DNA of 64,000 nucleotides, from contig NC_043000.1 in NCBI RefSeq assembly GCF_006345805.1, forward strand, positions 37,076,001 to 37,140,000. The letters run 5' to 3'. A program made the translations under genes and the position numbers. Shown here piece by piece: positions 26,050 to 38,710 of this stretch (positions are counted from its first letter, which is position 1; each line of letters opens with the position of its first letter). This DNA comes from Octopus sinensis (lineage: Eukaryota). The notes beneath the pieces are model-generated. The model had not been told where the DNA came from. It ran no database searches and saw nothing but the letters and a program-made list of their open reading frames with translations.

Positions 26050-27399
26050 GACACATCTTGTTCATGAATAATAAATTTGTAGTCTAGAAATGCATAGAGT
26101 AAACTCACCAGAAAAAAATATCTTTATTACAATCGAACATAAAAACAAAACGTGCGCGCGCACATACACACACACACGCGCACGCGCACATACACACACA
26201 CAGATAAACAACTTTGTTGAAGTAACCAATCGAGTTTCACTACATTAAGTTTATCAAAACAATCGATTGTTTGGTAGTCTCTCTTGTTCTAGCAAACAGT
26301 CGTGTGTGTGTGTGTGAGTGCGTGTTTATGTGTGTGTGTTCGTGCGAGCCCAATCAACTCTACTGCATATATAAGGTACATTTTACTTTCTTCATGACAC
26401 AAAATTTCAAGCACAAACACCTCTGTCTTTCATTGTTTGTGTATGCGTGTAGCCTGTGTGTAGTTCCATTCGTGTGAGTTTATACTTGAGAACCTCAGTT
26501 CCCTGGATTTTTCCCCCTTTATCATTAGAAAGCCAAGCTGTTGATTTGTGTGATGGAAATGAATGGACAAACAATATTGCAAGCCACCATCGATTAATTC
26601 CATTGGATTATATGGGTAACAACAAAATCTTGAAGCATTTATTGATACTGTACGATAGTAGGCAGTGAGAGATTTCCAAACATTGGATCGATAACATGCA
26701 TTTGGACGGGTGGAATGATAGCAAATCGCTGATAGATTCTATGTGATTATACAGTGAGGTTTTCGCTCTGTTTTCATATGTCCACTTTAAACCATTATGG
26801 ATGTTGCAGAAGCGATAAATTCGCAACACTTAGGAGCTATAAATGCTAAAATCATTGCGGGGTAATAACCATTAAATACATTGTGGTGATAAACAGTGAA
26901 CATAATGACGTCATACACATTGGATATATCTAGGGAAAACAAAAAAACCTCATTGTTATAACACATCAACTCCGTCAACGCTCTTAAGTCATGATCGGGT
27001 GAACAACAGCAAGGATTTTTTTGCATGATTTAATGCACTTTAATATTACTGCAATGTATTTTTTTGACAATGACAAATGTCAGGCGCATCGATTTGAGTC
27101 ATAGTATAGGCATTGATATCAGAGCTATACTGCTACCACAAATGATGGAGGAATATCTCTGATGAACCAAAGAGTGTGTCGGTACAGGGTCACTTAAATG
27201 CTAGAAATAAGACAAATCTCTCCCAAATCACACCCAACCGTCCGTCTTAAAAGGGAAACAAGAGATACATTGGATTGTATGCTCTCGGATGCACACTATG
27301 TGTGTGTGTGTGACTTTCTGTTGATGCACCAAAAGGCGATAAATGACGAAACGAAATTCGTATTAACCATAAAAGCATAAATTTCATATACACGTATTC

Positions 27400-27778
27400 C
27401 TTTATTCTTTTACTTCTTACAGTCAGAAGACTATGGCCATGCTGGGGCATCGCCTTGAAGAATTTTCTATCGAACGAATCGATCTCAGGGCTTATTTTTA
27501 AAGCCTCGTACTTATTCTATTGGTTCTTTTACCAAACCGCTAAGTTACGGGGTTGTAAACGCACCATCACTGGTTGCCAGTCGGTGGGGTGGGGGACAAG
27601 CACAGACACACACATATGCATACAACGGGCTTCTTTCAGTTTTCGCCTACCAGATCCACTCACAAGGCTTTGGTTGGCCCAAGGCTATAGTATAAGACAC
27701 TTGCCCAAGGTGACACGCAACAGGACTGAACCTGGAACCAAGTGGTTGGGAAGCAAACTTCTTACCACACAGCCAGCC
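27400..27778 (-). mobile_element. SINE family A, full length
   Basis: Reverse complement of head (CTTACCACACAGCC), GACACTTGCCCAAGG body, internal (CA)n and 3' half. Confidence 0.85.
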
Positions 27779-28429
27779 GTTTCATCATGATAAATTTCAC
27801 CAAAAGTATAAATGTATAATTACTTAATCGTGATACATAAATTTAAATTAAGTTAAATTAATTTAGTATCTATATGAACACAATGAGTATAAAGTGCATT
27901 CTGTACTGTGAATGTGTGTGTGTGTGTTATAATACACAAAGTTCTAGCATGGGCGCAGGACAACTTATTGGTGTGGGGGAGCAGTAGTTGTATAGACATC
28001 ACTACGTAACTGGTATACAGGATATCAACCAAAGGCAAAAGATGACTCAGATGAGATTTGAACTCAAAACGTAACTATGATACTCCGATACAATTTATCC
28101 GTAGATCTACTAACTTAGCTATCTACATTTATTAACAACACTTACAGTGTTAATATGAGAGAGGTTTCAACATACATACATACATACATACATACATACA
28201 TACGTACGTACGTACGTACGTACGTACGTACATACATACATACATACACACACATACATATATACGTACATATGTACATACGTACATACATACATACATA
28301 TTGATGTTGAAATTCCAATGAAGGAGCCTTGGATCTAAGTTAGAAACCGGCTCTTTCTCTATTGGCTGAAAATCTTGAAGTGAAACTGAACAATTACATA
28401 AATACATAGACACACATATATAGATATGA

Positions 28430-28462
<33 letters not shown>

Positions 28463-28789
28463 TGTATGTATGTATGTATACGAGAGGAGTACTTGACTAT
28501 GCAGATGGAACATAGCGCAGACAAACAGCTAGATCACTGATGAGATACACACCAATTAACAACTATATGCTTTGAATAATTAATCAGATATGTATCTGCT
28601 TGTTCATAATTGTTTAAGTTCACAAATTAACATAGCACATGAAGCATTATTCACCCCCACGTCACCCTTTTCGGTTTCGCATTCTCACCATACATAGGAA
28701 AATTAATTTTTTTTATAAGAAACGGTTAAATAAGAAATATTTTCTTATAAAAAATAAATTGTTATATATGTATATGGTGACTTTTGAAT

Positions 28790-28869
<80 letters not shown>

Positions 28870-29014
28870 GAGAAGTTTGCTTCCCAACTGCATAGTTTTG
28901 AATTCTTGTCCCACTACGTGGCATTTAAAGCAACTGTCTTCGACTATAGCTTCGGCCGGTCAAAGCCTTGAGTGAATTTGGTTGACGGAAACTGAAAGAA
29001 GCCCATCATTCATG

Positions 29015-29302
29015 CATACATATAACTGGTACTGCGTCTGTTACGATGTCCAGGGTTCCAATTGTCTCGATCGACAGAAAAGCCTTTTCGTGAAATCAAC
29101 GTGCAAGTGGTTGAGTACCCCAAATGCGCAACCATAACGCATTTCTAAAGGTAGTTGAAATATAGGTACAATTCATTTTTGATAGCTGAGTGAACCGAAG
29201 CAACGTGAAATAAAGTGTCTTGCTCAAGGACACAACGCGCCGTCGGGAATCGAACTCATGACTTCAAGATCGTGAGCTCAAAACACATAACCACACGCCT
29301 TC
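29015..29302 (-). mobile_element. tRNA-derived SINE family C
   Basis: GGGAATCGAACTC (B box, reverse), GTGTCTTGCTCAAGGACACAACGCG body; diverged homologue at about 60310-60590. Confidence 0.75.
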
Positions 29303-29364
29303 ATACACACACCCACACACACGTGTGTGGGGTGTCCGAATGTTTGCAATAATTAGCCTCAGGT

Positions 29365-29500
29365 CTCCGTCGAGGTCGACTTTGCTCTTTATCCTTTCAG
29401 TGTCGATAAATTAAGTAGCAGTTGCGTACTGGGGTCGATCTAATCGACTGCCCCCCCCCTCCCCAAAAATTTCGGGCCTTGTGTCTAGAGTAGAAAATAA
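29365..29500 (+). mobile_element. SINE family B, 3' part
   Basis: CGAGGTCGACTTTGCTCTTTATCCTTTCAGTGTCGATAAATTAAGTAGCAG core. Confidence 0.8.
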
Positions 29501-29840
29501 TAATTTAACCCCAGGTCACTCCTTTGACCCGTAGGCTTCTATGATCATTCCGTCTATAACTAACCCGACTTTTTCACCACAGGCATAGTCTATCTTGGAC
29601 TAGGTTATCCAGTCTGTAAATTACTAAACAATTTTTTTTACAAAAGACAATAGTGTTATCAAACAACTCAGAATAGCGGAGTAAGTCCAATGATCGTGTG
29701 TATACAAATGTATATTCCACCCTGGCCTCTTGTTGTGTCCTTCTTTTTCTCGGAGAGTCTATCTAGGACTACATCGTGTAATGTGTCCGCGCAGAGTGTG
29801 ATACGGAAGAGATCTGACTGCTATTTCTGGAGAATGAAAT
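29495..29840 (+). repeat. Old dispersed repeat family E (other copies about 4205-4385, 16710-16830, 24415-24580, 34690-34820, 41345-41470, 50395-50620; reverse at 27180-27290 and 63215-63480)
   Basis: Recurrent motifs TTAGCCCCAGG...CTATGATC...CCATCC and GTGTGATTT(G)GGAGATTTGGCTGCTATTTCTAG in many copies. Confidence 0.65.
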
Positions 29841-30087
29841 GATCTGTTATAAGTTTCAGTCTTCGGCTGGCCTCGTAGCCTGGTTTCTCACTACTGGATT
29901 ACATACATACACACATACATACATAAATACATGCATACATACATACATACATACATGCATACATACATACATACATGCATACATGCCTACATACATACAT
30001 ACATACATACATACATCCATGCATACATACATACATACGTACATGCCTACATACATACATACGTGTGTGTGTACGCGCACAAACACA

Positions 30088-30123
<36 letters not shown>

Positions 30124-30639
30124 TATACTCATACATACATTGTACAAACACACATACATCATCGCAGTACGTCTATAGTTGTATTCGCCGACTTTAACAC
30201 AGCTGTTGAACCCCAACGTCATATTCCAACCGTGACAATCCTAGCAATTATTTATTTTTTTTTTCCTTTTTGCCTTTTCTGTCGAAGATTTCAGCGTGTG
30301 AGTGAGGTGAGGGTGATTTAGCTACTGTTACGAGCAAGTCAAGCGTTACATCATCTTCATCGCAGTTGTTGTTGTTGTCAACAATAACAACTAAAGACGG
30401 TTGCCGTTGTTATTTATGCTGTTGCAGCTGCTGCTGCTGCTGCTGTTGTCACCGTGAATATCAGCGGCAAGGTCATCGATTTGGCTTCTCTTTTCTTCGA
30501 TTTTGATGTGACCATCACTGGGTATTACACGCATATATCTATCTGTCTGTCTACATACAAACGTATATACATAAATACATGTATACACACACACGTGTAT
30601 GTATATATATTTACATACATGCATACATACATATATCCT

Positions 30640-30702
<63 letters not shown>

Positions 30703-30707
<5 letters not shown>

Positions 30708-30883
30708 CATAGGAGTGGTTGTGTGGTAAGTACCTTGCTTACGAACCACATGGTTCCGGGTTCAGTCCCACAGCGTGGCACTTTGGGCAAAATCACAAAG
30801 CCTTGTGATTTGGTAGACGGAAAATGAAAGAAGCCCGTCGTGTATATATATATGTATATATATATATATTTATATATACATAT

Positions 30884-30925
<42 letters not shown>

Positions 30926-31092
30926 GTATGTATGTATATGTTTGTTTGTCTGTGTTTGTCCCCCAACATCGCCAAAAGGGACCGATACAATAAGTACAAG
31001 GCTTAAAAAGAATAAGTCCTGGGGTCGATTTGTTTGACTAAAGGCGGTGCTCCAGCATGGCCACAGTCAAATGACTGAAACAAGTAAAAGAG
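30703..31092 (+). mobile_element. SINE family A, full length with internal deletion
   Basis: AGGAGTGGTTGTGTGGTAAG head, GGTTCAGTCCC B box, internal TA/CA tract, tail GACTGAAACAAGTAAAAGAG. Confidence 0.88.
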
Positions 31093-31161
31093 TATATATA
31101 TACTTACGAAATATATATTATGTATGAATAAAATGCATAATGTATGCTGCATGTATGTGTA

Positions 31162-31365
31162 TTCTTTTCTTTTATTCGTTTATTTGTTTTAGTCATTTGA
31201 CTGCAGCCACCCTGGAGCACCGCATTTAGTCGAACGAATCTACCCCAGGACTTATTCTTTGTAAACCTAATGCTTATTCTATCGGTCACTTTTGTCAAAC
31301 CGCTAAGTAAATACACCAACATCTGTTGTCAAACGATGGAGGGGGGTCAAACATATAAACACAAA
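31162..31365 (-). mobile_element. SINE family A, 3' half, inverted relative to 30703-31092
   Basis: GTCATTTGACTGCAGCC...GGAGCACCGC...CCCCAGGACTTATTCTTTGTAA is the reverse complement of the neighbour's tail. Confidence 0.85.
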
Positions 31366-32339
31366 CATTATATATATATAGATAATGTTTGTGTTTATAT
31401 GTTAATATATACATACATACATATACATATATATACATACATATAATGTTTGTGTTTATATATACATACATACATATACATATATATATACATACATTAC
31501 TACTACTACTACTACTTATGGTGCTACTACATTAACTGTTATCGAAAACACCGTGCTCACATATAATTCTGCTTCTTTATTTTGGACACTAAATTTGTGC
31601 AAGCATTTACATTTATTTTGTATTCCATTCTACTCATGTCGAATGTAAACCAAGAAATATGTTGCTTAACTTTAGGTCAACCCAAATGAATCGAATGCGT
31701 TCCATCGCTGACTATCCCTTCTTTTTAGAAGTATCCAAGACAACATAATTAAGTGAGTCAGTAGAAAATTAAAATGTTCAAAGACGTCGCAACGATGATA
31801 GACTATATCTATATTTTATCATTCATTTCTTAAAAATCAACATAAAATAGACCTCTGCTGATGTTGTTGGTGTATTAATTCAATAAGCGAGTGTACTGTT
31901 GGGAGTTACTGGAATTTAGGTTAGAAACGAAGCAGAATTCATATAAGAAGTCTAAATATACAACACCAATCAATGTCAAGGTTCATAACTATGTTTGTGG
32001 GAATAAGCATATTTATATACATGATTTTGTGTTTTACAAAATCAGTTAAATAATTCTGTGTTGTAGAAAGTGTTTATATATACATTAATGTCTTTGAAGT
32101 AACATGTTCATATTTATACATACATATTTTGCTTTTGAAACAGCATGTGTATATTTATACATATTCTTGTTTTTTTAAATAACATGTATATATTTATACA
32201 ATCTCTTTTTTTTTTAAAGAAGTGTGTGTATGAGTAACACTAAAAGAATTTTTTGATAATATACATTTATATATTTAAATTCTTAGAAATAGATAAGAGC
32301 AAAATACTTCTTGCTCAATTAAACATATCGATTCTATGA

Positions 32340-33105
32340 TTTCAAGGCAAACAAAAAGTTAATGGTTTGCTAAGAGCTTGGGATCTCGAGCTACCTATGA
32401 GAGGACAGAAAGAAAGCAGCTTTAACTGCCGTTTAAATAGCTGATATACTATTGGGCATTGTATGATCAAAGCTGATACAACCACATCCGCAGCCATTCC
32501 AGAATATTCTTGGTATACTGAGTGCAGTAAGTCCTGCTTTTCACTTTTCTCTCTTCTGACAGCTTCGTCCAATTCGACTTTCCAACTTTTACTCCTTTCT
32601 TTATAGCTCCCCGCTATCTTTCGTATTCTTCCCACGTGATCACACTCAAGTCACGTGCTTCACTGAGATGTCGATTAATGACATCGTTATTCTGAAATGT
32701 AGATCCTGCAGCAGGCAGTTCATTTGGCTTTTTGTTGTGTCAACGATTCAGGGTGTAGGGGTCTCGTCAGAACACATAGCATTCCATTGACAATTATATG
32801 CCCCGTTGTTACCATTGTTCCCGAAATTAACCACAGCATACTGGATACAGCGACTCATACAATTACCATGAAGCATACAATTATCATGATAAACTGTGCG
32901 GCCTAAATATGTAAACCGCATAACATTTAGATGCTCATTCAGGACCGGGATATGATCCAGTTCTCAGACTGATACAAGACTCCAGACTCTTTTGTGTTTG
33001 ATAGGACAAAGACTGTCAACGCGTATTCATAATTATTCGAATTTTCAGGATTTCTTCCAAAGAACGAGTCACTAGAGCTGTTCATCAGCGTAGAGAATTT
33101 TGCGG
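32340..33105 (-). mobile_element. Highly decayed RTE-like LINE RT remnant
   Basis: Minus-strand motifs in the expected order: KILYADE (LLYADD-like), MRFTYLGRTVYHDN (FTYLGS-like), CSDET, DHVGRIR (GHV.R-like); many stops. Confidence 0.55.
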
Positions 33106-33394
33106 GTATATATATATATATCACAATTTTTCTCAATGTATCCTAATCTAAACACGATGAACAACACACTATCCGCTCTTACGTGGTTAGACACTCCAAC
33201 CATGACTTTACATGCCATGTTTTCGCGTATGGTATCGTACTGGAGTGATTATACAGACCTGCTTTCTTTACTCCCAAGTATAAAGTACCTGCTCCCCCAA
33301 AAAACAAAACAATTTGTTTTATACATAGATTTTGAAGATTTTTTAAAAATACCTTCTGCTGTCTTAAAAATGGATGGATATCTTTCGTCGTTTA

Positions 33395-33780
33395 TGTTTT
33401 ACTCATTTCAATCATTAGATCGCGGTCATGCTGGAGCAGCGACTTAAAAACTTTTTTAGTCAAATGTATCGGCCTCAGTGCATGTTATTATTATTTTTTA
33501 ATGTTAAGCCTAGTACTTGTTCTATCGGTCATTGTTGTCGAACTGCTGAGTTACGAGAACGTAAACTCGCCAACAAGCGGTTGTGCGGACAAACTCAGAC
33601 ACACACACACGCACATACACACACACAAGATGCACATCCTTCAGTTTCCGACTACCACGTTCACTAGCAAGGCTTTGGTCAACCTGAGGCGAGAGTAGAA
33701 GACACTTGCTCATGGTGCCACGCATGAATCCGAAACCATGTGGTTGGGGAGCAGACTTTTTACTACACAGCCACGCCAGC
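33395..33780 (-). mobile_element. SINE family A, full length; family B 3' part abuts at 33805-33955 (+)
   Basis: TACTACACAGCCACGCC reverse head, GAAGACACTTGCTCATGGTGCC body; GCCGAGGTCGACTTTGCCTTTCATCCTTTCGGGG downstream. Confidence 0.85.
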
Positions 33781-35392
33781 ACCTAGGGGTAAAGAAGTCC
33801 TTTAATTCCGCCGAGGTCGACTTTGCCTTTCATCCTTTCGGGGTCGATAAATTAAGTACCAGTTACGCACTGGGGTTGATGTAATCGACTTTATTCGTTT
33901 GTCTGTCCTTGTTTGTCCCCTCTATGTTTAGCCCCTTGTGGGTAGTAAAGAAATATATAATACAGCAGACAAGAAAACAACAGTCACAGCTTAAATAATG
34001 TAAAACAATGTAAATTCAACACACAGGAACGCTGAGTGCCATCTTTTGCTCAAAAGTTATCTCTACTCCCACCTTATACAGTGTTTGAAATGGAACTTGC
34101 CATTATCTATTGTCAACGTAGAAAATATCAACAGCAGTCAATATTTTTCTTTACTTATCCGTCTTAAAATTGCCTGATTTCATTAATTTTCTGGAACAGT
34201 AAATGATATCAGGGCTAACAACAATTTAAAAATAAAAACCTCTTGTGTGAAGATAGGTTTGTTTTGAGGAGAGAGAAGAAATATATCTGAATTTTTTCCC
34301 CCTTTTCTTTTTATTACATCCAGCCATTTGCTTATTACAGAAATATTCATTATGCTTCTTGTTGGTTCACAATAAACCAGAATTCATTAATAATTCATGC
34401 CCGATAGGTGGAGTGGAAGCAAGACACACTTGCTCCCCACATATTACACTCATGTTGAGTAAGTGAAGTACGGGTTCTTCCTGTAATTTAATTGTAAAAG
34501 TTGTGTCTAAACTGGATACAGAGAAATATGTTAAGATGGATAGGGTTAAAATATTAGTCACTAGAATTAGACAAGTATTTGACGGAATGTTTCCTGAGGG
34601 ACTCTAAAACATGAGAGAAAATATTCACTGTCGAAGAACACAAAACGAATGTAGTGCGTAAACTATTTACCTGGACTAAATGCCGGACGATGTCCTACAA
34701 TGGCTGATCAGATTTAATAGTGATGGTCCATGACTATCAAAGATGGTAGGGTGTGATTTAGGAAGATTTGGTAACTATTTCTAACAGGTTGAGCAACCAC
34801 ACAGGGGCTTCCTCATTAGCCTAATTAACAAAAGAAGTGTATTTTGATATGCTGTAAGAAGTAGTTGAATATCGACTTGACTGGAATTCTTTGTCAACTG
34901 GGTGCTAATATTTGAAGATCTATATATAGTTACAAATTGTCAGCCAATTGTTATTGTAAGCTTCAAAGAGCTGGTTGTCAATTGAAACAAGTCAAACATC
35001 TTAACACCTGTATATCAATCATCGACTATAGATGAGTTGAGGCTACACAGGCAGCAGTATCTTGTTCTATATGTTTGATTGATAGCTAGGTATTTTGAAG
35101 CTTAGAGTAACAACGGCTTTATAATTGCAAAAATATATTAACTCATTACATTGAGTGATTTTCATTCTAATATAGGTAACTTGCTTGATCATATATATAT
35201 ATATATCTTTGTTGCTGAATGGTCGAAATGAGGAGTAGATAGACAGCCGACAACTGATGAGGGGTCCTTTTTCTGTGTTAACTTGTCCGGTTTTCCATTT
35301 TTTTCTCGTTGTTTACGTATTTCATGTTATTTGCACCGTTGGTGACGTCCTGCACCCATATATGCATGTGTGTGTGTATATATATATATATA

Positions 35393-35498
35393 TATAAATA
35401 GGAAAAAAGCAACAAGAATGGATTAAAATCTCGGTATTTTAATCCAGTATTAAATTCCGAGATTTTAATCCATTCTTGTTGCTTTTTTCCTATTTATA
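35393..35498. repeat. Perfect 42-bp inverted repeat with 22-nt spacer
   Basis: 35393-35434 is the exact reverse complement of 35457-35498. Confidence 0.97.
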
Positions 35499-35681
35499 AT
35501 CACCCCACTTGTCGTATGGCTAACACCGTATAGATATCCGGTGCATCCTAGTTAAGGACCATATTCATGCGAATTCTTTAGAATTCTCTAGAATCTCAAT
35601 TACTTAACCGTATATATATATATATATATAATATATATATATATATTATTATTATTATATTATTTAGTATATATATTTATA

Positions 35682-35933
35682 CAGTTGTGACCAAAAGTTT
35701 GGAGCATTTTTAACATATAAAATTGTCATGCCCAAGTACAATTCAATTGAAATATATACAATGTTGAGATATACTTACTTAATAACCGATCTAATGGTTC
35801 AGCTTTAATTTTCAGACGTATGTTTCAAATTTTTGGCCAAGTAATAATATATTGCAAATTAAGTATAACTTTGGGCATTTAATATAGACATTTTAATTTT
35901 CAGACCTATGTTTCAAACTTTTCGCCACAACTA
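35682..35933. mobile_element. Tc1-like MITE, 252 bp
   Basis: TA|CAGTTGTGACCAAAAGTTTGGAGCA ... TGTTTCAAACTTTTCGCCACAACTA|TA imperfect TIRs; no ORF. Confidence 0.7.
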
Positions 35934-36331
35934 TATATGTATGCATGCATGCGCGCGCGCGCACGCGCATGTGTGTGTGTGTGTGTGTGTAAGCGTACTT
36001 TATTTGTGGGCTAACAAGGCAACCAATGGTTTCATGGGAAGAGATCTTCACAATAGTTCAAGATTGCCACATGAAAGTGTCGATACTCCTTTCCATTTTG
36101 GCATTCTTAAATACCATTGGGCACTAAACACGAACACAATGTGGTGTTGAGCACTCATTCTCACCGTTCAATATTAGTGTGTATGCATGCATGTACATAT
36201 GTATGTGTATGTGTGTGTGTGTGTGTATAAAATTTTCTAAAAACTACTTTAGGCAGTTAATTTTATATCGGTTCTTCTAACTAACCGTCTTCACAAGTAG
36301 AGAGTATTTAAGTATTAAAGTTGATATATTC

Positions 36332-36570
36332 TGGGGAGCTGGGTGAGCAAGGAAGTTACAGTCATGCTGGGTGAAATGCTTAGCGGTATTTCGTCTGCCG
36401 TTACGTTCTGAGTTCAAATACCGCCGAGGTCGACTTTGCCTTTCGTCCTTTCTGGGTCGATTAACTAAGTACTAGTTACACACTGGACTCGATGTAATCG
36501 ACTTAATCCCTTTGTCTGTCCTTGTTTGTCTACTCTATGTCTATCCCCCTGTGGGCATTAAAGAAATAAA
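36332..36570 (+). mobile_element. SINE family B, full length
   Basis: GAGTTCAAATACCGCCGAGGTCGACTTTGCC core, tail GGCATTAAAGAAATA; CpGs retained. Confidence 0.85.
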
Positions 36571-37904
36571 AATATTGTGTGGTACTGAAAAACAGAGGAG
36601 ATTAGAAAAAGTGTACAGTATGAGTTCCTTTTGGGAGACCAGCCTGTGATTTGATACACCTCTACCTAGTAAATGTAGCTTGGGGTCTACATTCGCGCGC
36701 GCGCACACACACACATACACAATGGTTTATATTTACATACATTCACAATTCAAGTTTATGTATATACTTCTGGACATGTAAACCCCTCATGCACATATAA
36801 GTTTATACCATACAAGCATACATTTCAAACCAAACATACTAGTGTCTGATACACATATCCAAGGAGCCACTTTCTCATATACATATAAACATACAGGGGA
36901 GTTACAAAGAATACCCAAACACACACACACAGATATACATACTAATACATGTTTTGAAGTACTCCCATCCTATCACACCCAACAGGTGAGGGTAAGCAGC
37001 AGGAAGAGCATCTGGCTATAAAACAATATTTCAATAATATATTCCTCTAACTCATGCTAACATGAAAAACAGATATAAACATGAACGAAAAAAATATCAA
37101 TCTATGAGAATACATACATTTATATAAATATAGTGAAATAATATATATATATATTCACAATTAATAATGAACAATTTCCATCCAGTTTAGAATTTGACAG
37201 AGTTGAATATGTGTGTGTGTGCATGCATCTCACAGTTATTCTACACACACGCACACACACACACACACATTTATATATATGTCAGTGAATATATAATCAC
37301 ATACTTATACAAATATGTATTAGAATATGTTTGAATTATTGATTAAAGAAACAAAATTCTAAGCAAATCAATTGAGAAAGCCACACCCACAGCATTCTCA
37401 CCACTATTACACCTACAACTTCAACAACACAACTAAATGTAGAGTTGTGGAAAGAAGGTGAGGGGAGGGCTGGGGGAAGGGCTGTATGTTAAGATATGAT
37501 TATTAACTGTCAACAGATGCTTCGTTGGAATCAGGGCAAATATGCTTGACCCAATATACTGCAGTGACCTTTCAGTTGGTGCCTTTTATATCTTTCCGAT
37601 AGAATTCCAATGAGATTAGTATGTACTAGAGATGGTGGTAGTTGCAGTAGTAAGGGTAATACGTATTGGAAGAAGAAGGAGAAGGAGGAGAGAATAAAAT
37701 GCAAGAAAAGTTTGTAGTTTAAATTTGGTGTTAAATTCAAGTGTAGTGCAATAAATTATGCAAACAGATCTATAATTATTTATTCGTTTAAGTTGTAATC
37801 GAAGAGATTCCAGATCCATTAGAGAACAAATCACAAAATAAGAAATGTCAGTAAGCATTTTATCAAATTCTGCCCAAATGCCAAAACAAAAAGATAATGA
37901 TTTT

Positions 37905-38710
37905 AAATTTTGGCACAAGGCCAGCAAGATCGTGGGTGTGGGGGGTACATTAATCAGTGATCAATTGGTACTTATTTTATCAACCCCAAGTGGATGAAAA
38001 TTAAAGCCAGCCTCAGTAGAATTTGAACTCAAAATGTAAAGGTGGGTGAAATGCCACTAAGCATTTTCCCCAGCTCACAGTCCTAATAACAACAACAACA
38101 ATAATAATAATAATAAAAGTAATAATAATAATAACAACAAGGTATACAATAAGGAAGAAAGAAAAATCAAGAAATATGACAGGTTAGCTTCGGAAGTTAA
38201 GCAGTTGTGGTCCATGAAGAAGGTAGCAGTTGTACCAATAATTGTTGGATACCTGGGAACTGTGAGCAAAAATCTCGAGAAGTATGTGGAACAAAATAGG
38301 GGCTGCAATAAGGGTGAGCACTTGCAGAAACCTACTGCTTGGAACTGCTCAAATACTCCGGAAGGTGCTTGAAACATAAGAGGTGTTACCTTAGTTCACT
38401 GGTAGTGAACAGCTGGCACTGTAGTACATCTCCAGCGTTAGAAGCTATGCAAAGGCAATTATAATAATAATGACAATAATAATAATAATAATAATAATGA
38501 TTTAAAATTTTGGCACAAGGCCAGCAATTCGAGTGATGAGGTAAGTCAATTACGTCGATCACAGTACTTGACTGGTACTTATTTTACGAACCCCAAAAGA
38601 GTGAAAGGCAAAGTCAACATTGGTAGAATTTGAACTCAGAATGTAAAGACAGATGAAATGCTGCTAAACAATTTTCCCAGCATTCTAACAACTCTGTCAG
38701 CTTGCTGCCC
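37905..38710 (-). mobile_element. Two CpG-decayed family B SINEs (37905-38075 and 38497-38710) either side of an R4/Dong insertion
   Basis: Both begin TTTTGGCACAAGGCCAGCA and contain the reverse core GGCAAAGTCAAC...GAATTTGAACTCAGAA. Confidence 0.75.
38140..38460 (+). mobile_element. 5'-truncated R4/Dong-clade non-LTR retrotransposon end in (TAA)n
   Basis: KEERKIKKYDRLASEVKQLWSMKKVAVVPIIVGYLGTVSKNLEKY...LLGTAQILRKVLET* matches the RLE-type C-terminus; (AAT)n on both flanks. Confidence 0.8.

Noticed and set aside
35217-35275. GAAA...CTGATGA as a type II/III hammerhead (similar at 23066-23125 and 22876-22920)
   Set aside because: Stems cannot be closed convincingly; probably related pLTR sequence but not supportable
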